Shown one piece after another: positions 34,886 through 43,904 of a DNA stretch of 64,000 bases. Within the stretch, counting starts at the first letter, position 1, and each line of letters begins with the position of its first letter. This DNA comes from Bacteroidales bacterium (GTDB lineage: Bacteria > Bacteroidota > Bacteroidia > Bacteroidales > F082). The notes beneath the pieces are model-generated. The model was not told the DNA's origin. It was given only the letters and a program-made list of their open reading frames with translations, and made no database searches. The stretch is taken from contig JAGBVS010000021.1 in NCBI GenBank assembly GCA_017630195.1, forward strand, positions 39,262 through 103,261, written 5' to 3'. Both the position numbers and the translations under genes were made by a program.

Positions 34886-35036
34886 TCCCTCTATTCCCTC
34901 TAATTCCTCTGTCCCTCTATTCCCTCTGCCCCTCTAATCCCTCTGTCCCTCTATTCCCTCTAATTCCTCTGCCCCTCTAATCCCTCTGTCCCTCTATTCC
35001 CTCTAATTCCTCTAATTCCTCTGTCCCTCTAATCCC
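34886..35036. repeat. Complex CT-rich tandem repeat (17 units of 7-10 nt, consensus tccctctaNt)
   Basis: Units counted by eye. There is higher-order structure: the block tccctctat-tccctctaat-tcctctg recurs 3 times, and cccctctaa-tccctctg recurs twice. Confidence 0.95.
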
Positions 35037-35043
35037 GAAATCC

Positions 35044-35077
35044 AAAAAAAGAGCGCCACTTTCAACAGCAGCGCCCT
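35044..35077 (-). terminator. Rho-independent terminator after the methionine gamma-lyase-like gene
   Basis: On the minus strand, AGGGCGCT...GGCGCTCT forms a stem followed by T7. Confidence 0.6.
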
Positions 35078-35116
35078 ATACTTGTAGTCTTGTGGTCTTG
35101 TGGTCTTGTAGTCTTC

Positions 35117-36307
35117 TTATTCCGCATCAAGTGCATTAGAAAGGTCAGCGATTATATCTTCAACATTTTCGATGCCCACAGCGAGACGAATCAAACCGTC
35201 GGTGATACCAGCGCTTTCACGAGCTTCCTTGCTGAGTTTTGAGTGTGTCATGCTTGCTGGATGTTGAATCAATGTTTCAATACCGCCTAACGATACAGCC
35301 AACAATGCGAGATGTACGTTGTTCATCATCTTCTTGCCTGCTTCCAAACCGCCTTTAAGACTGAAAGCTATTGTTGAACCTGCGCCTTTCATCTGACGTT
35401 GTGCCAACTCATATTGTGGATGTGACTTCAATCCTGGATAAAGAACCCATTCTACTTTTGGATGATTTTCAAGAAATTCTGCAACCTTCATTGCGTTTTC
35501 TTGTGCTCTTTCCATACGGATTGGCAATGTCTTCAAACCACGACGTGTCAACCATGCTTGATGTGGGTCCATGTTGAATCCGATGTTAACCATGATTGAA
35601 CGTAATTTTGTGTAATTTTCTTTTTCTTTTGCAACAACAATACCGCCTACGATGTCAGCATGTCCGTTGATGAATTTTGTGATTGAATGTAAAACGACAT
35701 CAGCGCCAAGTGCCAAAGGTTGTTGTAAATATGGACTGCAGAATGTGTTGTCAACACAGACTGGAATATTGTGTTCGTGAGCTAATTTGCATATCGCTTC
35801 AATGTCCATGATTCCCATTGTTGGGTTGGCTGGAGTTTCAAGATAAATCAAAGCTGTGTTTTCTCTGATGGCGTTTTTAACGTTCTCAATGTCAGTAGCA
35901 TCGACGAAAGTTGATTCGACACCGAATTTTGGATATATCGATTCCATAACGCCTCTTGATGGTCCATATAATGAATTGTGTGCAACTAAGTGTTTGCCTT
36001 GTGACAAGAACGCCATGTAGACAGTATTAACAGCAGCCATGCCTGAGCTGACAGCGACAGCGCCGTAACCGCCTTCTAATGAAGCGACTGCGTCTTCTAA
36101 TTCTGTAATGGTTGGATTGCCAATACGTGTATAAATATATCCGTTTTCTTCGCCCGAGAAACAACGTGCTCCATGATCAGCGTCATTGAAACGGAATGTT
36201 GATGTCTGGAAAATTGGAGTTACCGCACTGCCTAAACAGTCGATAGCACCTGCGTGAACCGCTTTTGAGCCAAAGCCCATGTTTTCATCGTTATGCATGA
36301 TATTCAA
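35117..36307 (-). CDS. Cys/Met-metabolism PLP enzyme, likely methionine gamma-lyase
   Basis: TPIFQTSTF, GYIYTRIGNPT, and HSITKFINGHADIVGG (PLP lysine); 396 aa. Confidence 0.8.
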   Translation of the reverse strand: MNIMHNDENMGFGSKAVHAGAIDCLGSAVTPIFQTSTFRFNDADHGARCFSGEENGYIYTRIGNPTITELEDAVASLEGGYGAVAVSSGMAAVNTVYMAFLSQGKHLVAHNSLYGPSRGVMESIYPKFGVESTFVDATDIENVKNAIRENTALIYLETPANPTMGIMDIEAICKLAHEHNIPVCVDNTFCSPYLQQPLALGADVVLHSITKFINGHADIVGGIVVAKEKENYTKLRSIMVNIGFNMDPHQAWLTRRGLKTLPIRMERAQENAMKVAEFLENHPKVEWVLYPGLKSHPQYELAQRQMKGAGSTIAFSLKGGLEAGKKMMNNVHLALLAVSLGGIETLIQHPASMTHSKLSKEARESAGITDGLIRLAVGIENVEDIIADLSNALDAE

Positions 36308-36417
36308 TATTTTAAGTTAATTTTCAAATTTTAAAAGTGCTAAGTGCAAAATTATATTATTTTTGTCTTTCACACAAATTTAAATTTGTAAATTTGTAGT
36401 CATTCAATATTATTTCG

Positions 36418-37878
36418 ATGGAAAATTTAAAATCAATAAAAGAATCTATTATCAATTTGATAAATAACACTTTATCTGAAAACATCGTCGAGATCGTGAT
36501 GTTGCCAGCTTCAGGATCGTCTCGTATTTATTTCAGAATATTCACAGAAAACAAAACTTTAATAGCGACATATAATTCCAACATAGAGGAAAACAATGCG
36601 TTTTTCACTTTTACCAAACATTTCAGAAATATAAATCTTCCTGTGCCTGAGCTGATTGCAATTAGCGATGATAAATGCTGTTATCTGCAATCCGATTTCG
36701 GAGATGTTTGTTTATTCGATTACGTTAAAAAATGTGTGAAAAACAATAATTACGACGAAGAAACTATAAATCTATATAAACTTTCCATCGATAATCTTAT
36801 TGATTTTCAGATAGAAGGAAACAAAAATATTGATTATTCAGTAGCTTACCCAACTCCTTCTTTCGATAAAAATTCCATCATCGACGACCTTAACTACTTC
36901 AAATATTATTTCTTGAAAATCAACGAAGAAATTTCCTTTAACGAAACAAGGTTAAACTCTGACTTTCAAAGGCTTGCAAATTACGCCATGGAAGCTCCAT
37001 CAGATTTTTTCATGTATCGCGATTTTCAGTCAAGGAATATTATGGTGAAAAATAGTCTCACTTATTTCATTGACTATCAAGGAGGAAGAAAAGGACCGCT
37101 ACAATACGACCTCGTTTCTCTTTTATACCAAGTCAAGGCTCAAATGAATGAAAATCATAGAAATGAATTGCTTCTGCATTATAAGAAAAAATTAAGCAAT
37201 TATTTGAATCTTGAAGAAATCCAATTTGACAAATATTATAATTCTTTTGTTTTGCTAAGACTGCTGCAAGTTCTTGGAGCATACGGTTTTAGAGGTTTGA
37301 TTCAAAAGAAACATCATTTTATGGAAAGTATTCCTTTCGCATTGAAAGAGTTGATTTCACTAAGAAAAAAACTTGATTTTCCATTTGAAATGAAAGAATT
37401 ATTCAATGTTTTAAATCAAATGGATTTGTTGTTACCTAAATACAAACATATTGATAATGAAAAACTAACTGTAATCATCAATAGTTTTTCATATAAGAAC
37501 GGCGGGATTCCGGAAGACAGAAGCGGTAATGGCGGCGGTTTCGTTTTCGACTGCCGAGCCTTGCCTAATCCCGGACGTTATGATGAGTATAAAAAACTTA
37601 CTGGAGAAGACGCTGAAGTCCAGGATTTCTTGAATGAAAAGGAAGAGGTTCATCATTTCCTAAATACTACTCAATCTATCATTTGCCAATCCGTTGACAA
37701 TTATTTAGAACGCAATTTCAAAAATCTGTCCGTCAACTTCGGATGTACAGGCGGACAACATCGTTCTGTTTTCTTTGCACAAAAAACTGCAAACTTATTA
37801 CACGAGAAATATCCGAACATTAAAATTATTTTAAACCACGTCGTACAACACAAAAATTACGTTTATGAAACAAAATGA
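36418..37878 (+). CDS. Fusion protein: AmgK/APH-like sugar kinase domain plus RapZ C-terminal-like domain
   Basis: The N-terminal part has kinase motifs YRDFQSRNIMV and FIDYQGG. The C-terminal part has FDCRALPNPGRY...LTGEDAEV and FGCTGGQHRSV, as in RapZ/YhbJ. Confidence 0.7.
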   Translation: MENLKSIKESIINLINNTLSENIVEIVMLPASGSSRIYFRIFTENKTLIATYNSNIEENNAFFTFTKHFRNINLPVPELIAISDDKCCYLQSDFGDVCLFDYVKKCVKNNNYDEETINLYKLSIDNLIDFQIEGNKNIDYSVAYPTPSFDKNSIIDDLNYFKYYFLKINEEISFNETRLNSDFQRLANYAMEAPSDFFMYRDFQSRNIMVKNSLTYFIDYQGGRKGPLQYDLVSLLYQVKAQMNENHRNELLLHYKKKLSNYLNLEEIQFDKYYNSFVLLRLLQVLGAYGFRGLIQKKHHFMESIPFALKELISLRKKLDFPFEMKELFNVLNQMDLLLPKYKHIDNEKLTVIINSFSYKNGGIPEDRSGNGGGFVFDCRALPNPGRYDEYKKLTGEDAEVQDFLNEKEEVHHFLNTTQSIICQSVDNYLERNFKNLSVNFGCTGGQHRSVFFAQKTANLLHEKYPNIKIILNHVVQHKNYVYETK

Positions 37879-40800
37879 AAGAAGAACGGCATTTATACTT
37901 GCCGCAGGACTCGGAACAAGACTTAAAGAACTAACGTCCGAAAACCCTAAAGCATTGGTTGAATTGAATAAACAGCCATTACTTGAAGTTGTACTTGAAA
38001 ACTTAATTTCACAAAAATTCAATCATTTTGTAATAAATGTTCATCACTTTGCAGATAAGATAATTGATTTTCTAAAGTCAAAAAATTATAAAAACGTTGA
38101 AATAGAAATTTCAGATGAAAGAGATTTTCTTTATAACACCGGAGGCGGAATTTTAAAGGCTCTACCCTATTTTAAAGATAGCAAAGCTGTTCTGATTCAT
38201 AATGTCGATATTGTGACTGATATTGATTTCCACGCTGTTTATGATGATTTCGTAAAGTCCGAGGATGCTGCGTGGCTATTGACTCAGGAACGTGACAACA
38301 AACGAAAACTCGTCTTCGACAATAACGATTGTTTCGTTGGAAGATTTAATTTGGAGACTAATGAATATGATGGAGAAGTTCCATTCCGTGATGATTTCAA
38401 ACTAATGTCTTTCAGCGGATTGCATATAATAAAGCCTGAATATTTCAGTGGGTTTGAGTTGAACCCTTGTTATGTCTTCGACTTATATAAAGATATAGCA
38501 AAAAAAGCAGCTGTCAAATCCAAGCCTATCGAATCTGATTATTGGTTTGATTTGGGAACACAGAAACAACTTGAAGAGGCTTCAACAATGCTTCTTTCTC
38601 GCCAAAGCTTCATTTCCAAAATATCCAATTATATAACTGATAACTATAACCTTACCAAGGATTTACTGACAATTATATTCCCTAACAAACGTGCCGCTTT
38701 GGAACTAAGAAAGGAGCTTGAAAAAATCAAGAAAAATATTTGGCTTCCTAATATCATATCTATCCAAGAAGCGATGTCGATGTGGAGCGGAATGCAACTC
38801 CTTGATAACATTGACGTTATATTTGAACTCCTAAAAGTAATCAATGACGACAATCTCTCTGCTGACAGCAATCTGTTTGGACTTGCATCACAAATGGCAA
38901 AAGACTTTGATGAAATTGACCAATATAAAGTTTGCGCAAAAGACATTTTCGAGTATGTAAAAGACGCAAAAGAAGCTGATACATGGAACCCAAGTGAAGC
39001 GTTTTCAGAAACAGAAAAACGATATTTGGCTTTTTTTGCTTCTCTCTTAAAATATTATAACAAACTAAGGGAAAACTTAAAAGCAAACAATTGGGGCTAT
39101 TATGGAATGATTACCAGAACTTTATCTGAATTACCAGATGAAAAACTTCTTGAAACCGTTGGTGACAACAAGGTCATCTTTGCCGGATTCAATGCCATGA
39201 CTGCAACAGAAGAAGATATTATCGTAAGACTTGAGAGAAACGACAAAGCTGTGATACTCTGGGATTTGGATAAATATTATTTTAATGACACAAAACAAGA
39301 AGCTGGATTGTTTGCCAGAAACTTTTTAGATAAATATAAAAACATCAAAAGAAACTTTATTGAGGACAACTTCAACAATAAAAACATAAATATAATAGGT
39401 GTTTCCGGTTCAACAATTCAAACAAACGCACTAACACTTCAATTAAGTAAAGAAAAGAAAAAAATCAATTCAAAAGAAGTAGTCGTATTATCAGACGAAA
39501 CTCTATTACTACCTGTATTAAATTCAATACCAACATCTTATAGCGACATTTTTGTCACTATGGGTTACCCTTATTCAAAAACAGTCTTGCATCAGTTTCT
39601 GAATCACTTGTTTTCTTTCCAGAATAACATTAATACAAAAGACGAAACAGTTTATTTCTGGGGACTGAAACGACTTTTGGAAACAGAATTGATAAAGATA
39701 ATCTTTACAAAAGACGAATTATCATCATTGGATGATTGTTTGAACACACTTATTAAAAAATCCACATACTACATTGAAATAAATGATTTACAGGAATATT
39801 TCAAAGGCAACATCTGTAATTTTATTTTATTGTTATGCAAAAAATGGAGTCCAGAAAATTGCGTTGTAACAATCAATTCAACACTGAAGTTTATCAGTCA
39901 ATGCATATCAAGCGACAAGCTGTTTATTAAGAATCAGTTAAGCATAGCTGGCCGTATATTTAACAAAATAGAACGACTTTCGTTAAAATACAAAAGTCTT
40001 ATAAAAATGGCTGATATTGAGACACTTTATAAACAGTCGGCAAACGAGATGAGTGTTAAGTTGGAGAAAAACGACGAACATGAAAGTTCATCATCTCAAA
40101 CGCTGCAAGTTATGGGACTTTTGGAAACAAGAAATATTGACTTCGACATTGTGCATATTTTAAGTGTAAACGAAGGGATTTTACCTCAGTCAAAAAGCGC
40201 TAACAGCTTGATTCCATACGACATAAGAAAGCACTACAAACTTCCATTGTACAAAAACAAACAAGCAGTTTATGCTTATCACTTTTATAGATTGATACAA
40301 AAAGCCAAGACCGTCAACATATATTACAACACTTTAGCAGATGGTATGGGTGAAGGCGAACCAAGTAGATTCATACGACAGATTTTACACGAAATACCAG
40401 TTAAAACCAACAATATCAATATTATAAACACTGTTTATAAAAATCCTAACATCAATGTTAAAAACATCTTTACTTTTAAAATCGACAAAACAGATGATAT
40501 TATAGCAAAGATTGTAAAAAAAATCACTGGTAAAAACGATAAAAATGAAATAATAGGTTTGTCACCAACCTCAATTGCTTGTTATCTAAAATGTCCGATG
40601 CAATTTTATTTGAAATACATTGAAGATGTGAAAGATAACACTCCGGAAGAAACAATTCAATCTAATGTTATAGGAAGTATCATTCACTCTACTTTCGAAA
40701 ATTTATATAACGAATTTACTGACAATCATATAGATTATAAAAGTTACATAGAAATCGTTGAAAGCAAACTCTCTGAAGCTTATCAAAAAGCGTTAGAAAC

Positions 40801-41443
40801 AAATAATTTCCCCAATGGTTTGCCTGACAGCGGATTTAATTATCTAAGCAAGATAATGATTGATGAACTTATCAACAATTTCATTGGATATGAAAAAACT
40901 TTCTTATCCAATGGTAACACATTGAAAGTAATAGGTTTAGAAAAGAATTTACATCACACATTCAATATAAACGGCATAGACGTTAATCTAATTGGTTTTG
41001 CCGATAGAATAGACATGGCAAACGGAGAAACCATAAGAATTTTAGATTACAAAAGCGGCAGCGTGAAAGATAGTGACGTAGAAATTTCAAAAGATGTCAA
41101 AGAACTAAAAGATTTATCAGAAAAATCATTACAGCTTTTGATTTACAAATATTTATATAAAAAGATGAATAAAAATATTGCTATCGAAAACATCGAGCCT
41201 GCAATATTTGGATTGCTTAAAATGAACAGAGTGTTTTTCCCTCTCAAAAATTATAGCGATAGTTTCAACGACTATGAAGATGGAAAAGAAAACTTCATGA
41301 ACATTTGTGATAATCTTTTCACAGAACTATTTAAAGAACTTTTAGACAAAGAAAAACCATTTGAACAGACTGCCAATAATTCCGATTGTAAATATTGCAG
41401 TTTTACAGATATTTGCAAAAGAAATTCAAAAAACATGTTCTAA
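37865..41443 (+). CDS. Fusion protein: MurU-like sugar-phosphate nucleotidyltransferase plus AddB-like PD-(D/E)XK nuclease family protein
   Basis: The N-terminus has AAGLGTRLKELT. From about aa 242 it has IIFPNKRAALELRKEL, and the C-terminus has GFADRIDMANGETIRILDYKSG and CKYCSFTDIC. I checked around 38588 and found no stop between the two parts. The start overlaps the upstream gene by 14 nt. Confidence 0.7.
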   Translation: MKQNERRTAFILAAGLGTRLKELTSENPKALVELNKQPLLEVVLENLISQKFNHFVINVHHFADKIIDFLKSKNYKNVEIEISDERDFLYNTGGGILKALPYFKDSKAVLIHNVDIVTDIDFHAVYDDFVKSEDAAWLLTQERDNKRKLVFDNNDCFVGRFNLETNEYDGEVPFRDDFKLMSFSGLHIIKPEYFSGFELNPCYVFDLYKDIAKKAAVKSKPIESDYWFDLGTQKQLEEASTMLLSRQSFISKISNYITDNYNLTKDLLTIIFPNKRAALELRKELEKIKKNIWLPNIISIQEAMSMWSGMQLLDNIDVIFELLKVINDDNLSADSNLFGLASQMAKDFDEIDQYKVCAKDIFEYVKDAKEADTWNPSEAFSETEKRYLAFFASLLKYYNKLRENLKANNWGYYGMITRTLSELPDEKLLETVGDNKVIFAGFNAMTATEEDIIVRLERNDKAVILWDLDKYYFNDTKQEAGLFARNFLDKYKNIKRNFIEDNFNNKNINIIGVSGSTIQTNALTLQLSKEKKKINSKEVVVLSDETLLLPVLNSIPTSYSDIFVTMGYPYSKTVLHQFLNHLFSFQNNINTKDETVYFWGLKRLLETELIKIIFTKDELSSLDDCLNTLIKKSTYYIEINDLQEYFKGNICNFILLLCKKWSPENCVVTINSTLKFISQCISSDKLFIKNQLSIAGRIFNKIERLSLKYKSLIKMADIETLYKQSANEMSVKLEKNDEHESSSSQTLQVMGLLETRNIDFDIVHILSVNEGILPQSKSANSLIPYDIRKHYKLPLYKNKQAVYAYHFYRLIQKAKTVNIYYNTLADGMGEGEPSRFIRQILHEIPVKTNNINIINTVYKNPNINVKNIFTFKIDKTDDIIAKIVKKITGKNDKNEIIGLSPTSIACYLKCPMQFYLKYIEDVKDNTPEETIQSNVIGSIIHSTFENLYNEFTDNHIDYKSYIEIVESKLSEAYQKALETNNFPNGLPDSGFNYLSKIMIDELINNFIGYEKTFLSNGNTLKVIGLEKNLHHTFNINGIDVNLIGFADRIDMANGETIRILDYKSGSVKDSDVEISKDVKELKDLSEKSLQLLIYKYLYKKMNKNIAIENIEPAIFGLLKMNRVFFPLKNYSDSFNDYEDGKENFMNICDNLFTELFKELLDKEKPFEQTANNSDCKYCSFTDICKRNSKNMF

Positions 41444-41445
41444 TA

Positions 41446-42489
41446 TTATTTGCGTATCAAGTCTATATAGACTGGAAGATGATCGCTATAACCGCCATAA
41501 TATTTAGGCCCCACATAAGTTCTGAATAACTTTTTACCGCCGTAGGTTTCATCATCGACAAATAAAAAATCCTTATGAAATATTGCGGCGGATTTCTTTT
41601 CATAATGCAATGATTCTGATTCATTATACAAAGAACTGCTAATAATAATCTGATCAAAAATCTGCCATCTATATTGATGTTTTAACGTTCCTTCAAAACC
41701 AAGAGATTCTTTATTAGTAAAAAGGTTTATCAAAGTATCGTTATATGACGTATTTTCAGGAGGTTTCGCATTCAGTACATTTAAGATACTGTTATCAAAC
41801 GGTGTATCATTAAAATCTCCCATAATTATTATCTTAGGAATTGAGTTGTTAATTCTTATTAACGAATCAACTTTATTCTTTAATAATTTTGCAGTCATTT
41901 CTCTAAGATGAATAGTCTCTTTTTCACCTCCGTAACGAGAACTCCAATGATTCACGAAACAATGTATTGTATCGTTTTTCCTGTCATAGAATTTAGCGTA
42001 TAAAATATCTCTAGTTTTAAAATGTTTGTTGTTTGGACTTCTAACTTTAATTGCGCCACTGTTAATCAGTTGAAGTTTATCGGTAGAATACGCCAAAGCC
42101 ACATCTATTCCTCTCCTATCTTCGCCTTCATAATGAATTATTCTGTAATTATGTTTTTTCAAAGGAGTTTCCTGAAACAACATTGTTGTCACAAAAGCAT
42201 TTTCAACTTCACAAATACCCAAGACTGCAAGAGATTCGCCTTCCGAAAGAGACAAAATAGCCTTATACATATTATTACGTTTCTTGTAAAAACGGGAAAC
42301 AGTCCAACGTTGTCCGCCTCTTTCCGTAAACTCATTATAAGAACGAGTCGAATCAACGAATGGATCAAAGAAATTCTCGAAATTCCAAAACGCAACTCTG
42401 AAAGAATCTTTTTCCTGCGAATATATTTCCTTATCTATAAATAATTGAAATACAAGAAATAACAATAATACAACAAATAATTTTTTCAT
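41446..42489 (-). CDS. Secreted endonuclease/exonuclease/phosphatase (EEP) family protein
   Basis: The ATG at 42489 gives a signal peptide, MKKLFVVLLLFLVF. It has VAFWNFENFFD and a terminal SDHLPVYIDL motif. The track start at 42522 is a TTG. Confidence 0.8.
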   Translation of the reverse strand: MKKLFVVLLLFLVFQLFIDKEIYSQEKDSFRVAFWNFENFFDPFVDSTRSYNEFTERGGQRWTVSRFYKKRNNMYKAILSLSEGESLAVLGICEVENAFVTTMLFQETPLKKHNYRIIHYEGEDRRGIDVALAYSTDKLQLINSGAIKVRSPNNKHFKTRDILYAKFYDRKNDTIHCFVNHWSSRYGGEKETIHLREMTAKLLKNKVDSLIRINNSIPKIIIMGDFNDTPFDNSILNVLNAKPPENTSYNDTLINLFTNKESLGFEGTLKHQYRWQIFDQIIISSSLYNESESLHYEKKSAAIFHKDFLFVDDETYGGKKLFRTYVGPKYYGGYSDHLPVYIDLIRK

Positions 42490-42592
42490 AATAAAAGGTT
42501 TCATTTTTAGTTTCAGGAGCAAAATTATAGATAATTTTTGGATTGAAAAAATTTTCTGAGTATCTTTGTTCGCTTTTTAACAATAATTAACA

Positions 42593-43900
42593 ATGTTTTC
42601 AATTTTTAGGCGAATTTTACTCATATTTTTATTAACATTTGCACCTATCGCAATGATGTCGCAAGTGAAAATTCGTGTTGAATTTGAAAATCTTGAGGAT
42701 AGTCTATTCTACCTTTTAAAATATAAAAGCGACAAAACATACACAATCATAGATACTACTTTGGTTCCTAATCAGAAAAAAGTATTCAAAAACAAAACCA
42801 ATTATCCAGAAGGCATTTACTTATTAGCCGACAGCAAGCAAAATCCTATCTTTGAAATACTTTTAGGCAAAGACCAAAAGTTCTCGATTATGGTTGGAGA
42901 TCTGATGAGAAACGACACATATATTATTAAAGGCAGCAAAGAAACTTCGGATTACTTTGACATTTACGCAAAGACCAATTACAACAAGCTTTATATCAAA
43001 GCATTAGAAAGCGAAATCGAGTATTTTCCTGATAATGCAAGAAAAATTGATTCCATAAAATTGAATCACAATGAATATCTGGAATCGATAAAAATTAAAG
43101 ATAGGAATTCATTTCTAAAAACATATATAGGATACAACAAGGAAATCATTGTCCCACAAGAATATAAGAACAAGTCCGAGCAATATATAATTGACCATTA
43201 TTTTGATGACAAGAGTCTTAGCGACGTTCGTATCTTAAATACACGTCTGTTAAAGAATAAGTTAGACGATTATTTCAACAATTATTTGTCTAAACAAAGT
43301 ACAAATGTTATTCTTCAAAAAATTGATTATCTAATAAATCGAACAACAGCTGGATATAGAGACATTCCTCAAAATCTACTCGATCATAATGTGAGAGATT
43401 ATATCTTATGGTATTTATATTCCAAGTATTTTGATAACGATTTAATTTACATACACTTGTCGGACGTATATTTTTCAAAATTGGAAATCAACAATTTAAC
43501 GGAAAATATCAGAAGTGAGATTGTCAAGAGAGCCGATATATTAAGGAAAATCACTATTGGACGCCTCGCTCCTACTTTCACCTATATCGATGATGAAGGA
43601 AATCAAATCGATTTATCTGAAATTGATAGTAAAAATACAATCCTATTTTTCTATAAACCTGATTGTCAGAAATGTATCAGAGAAAAACGTATTTTAGGAT
43701 TGTTAAAGAACAGACAAAAAGATTTGACAATTTTATATATCAACATAAGCGAAGAAAATTATCATAATGTAAGTCAAGATATTGCAGTTCAATACGATAT
43801 AAAGACTACACCAACGATATACATTTTAGATAAAGATAAAAGGATAATTGCAAAGAATATTAAAGCAGAAGATATTGAGTTTTATAAAATTAAAAAATAA
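42593..43900 (+). CDS. Thioredoxin-fold (TlpA/AhpC-like) protein with a long N-terminal domain
   Basis: Signal peptide. The C-terminal thioredoxin fold carries a CxxC motif (FFYKPDCQKCIREK). A TATCTTTG box lies at 42561-42568. Confidence 0.7.
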   Translation: MFSIFRRILLIFLLTFAPIAMMSQVKIRVEFENLEDSLFYLLKYKSDKTYTIIDTTLVPNQKKVFKNKTNYPEGIYLLADSKQNPIFEILLGKDQKFSIMVGDLMRNDTYIIKGSKETSDYFDIYAKTNYNKLYIKALESEIEYFPDNARKIDSIKLNHNEYLESIKIKDRNSFLKTYIGYNKEIIVPQEYKNKSEQYIIDHYFDDKSLSDVRILNTRLLKNKLDDYFNNYLSKQSTNVILQKIDYLINRTTAGYRDIPQNLLDHNVRDYILWYLYSKYFDNDLIYIHLSDVYFSKLEINNLTENIRSEIVKRADILRKITIGRLAPTFTYIDDEGNQIDLSEIDSKNTILFFYKPDCQKCIREKRILGLLKNRQKDLTILYINISEENYHNVSQDIAVQYDIKTTPTIYILDKDKRIIAKNIKAEDIEFYKIKK

Positions 43901-43904
43901 TGCC

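Noticed and set aside
34886-35036. CRISPR array
   Set aside because: The units are 7-10 nt and contiguous, with no unique spacers, and no cas genes are nearby. It is a microsatellite-like tandem repeat.
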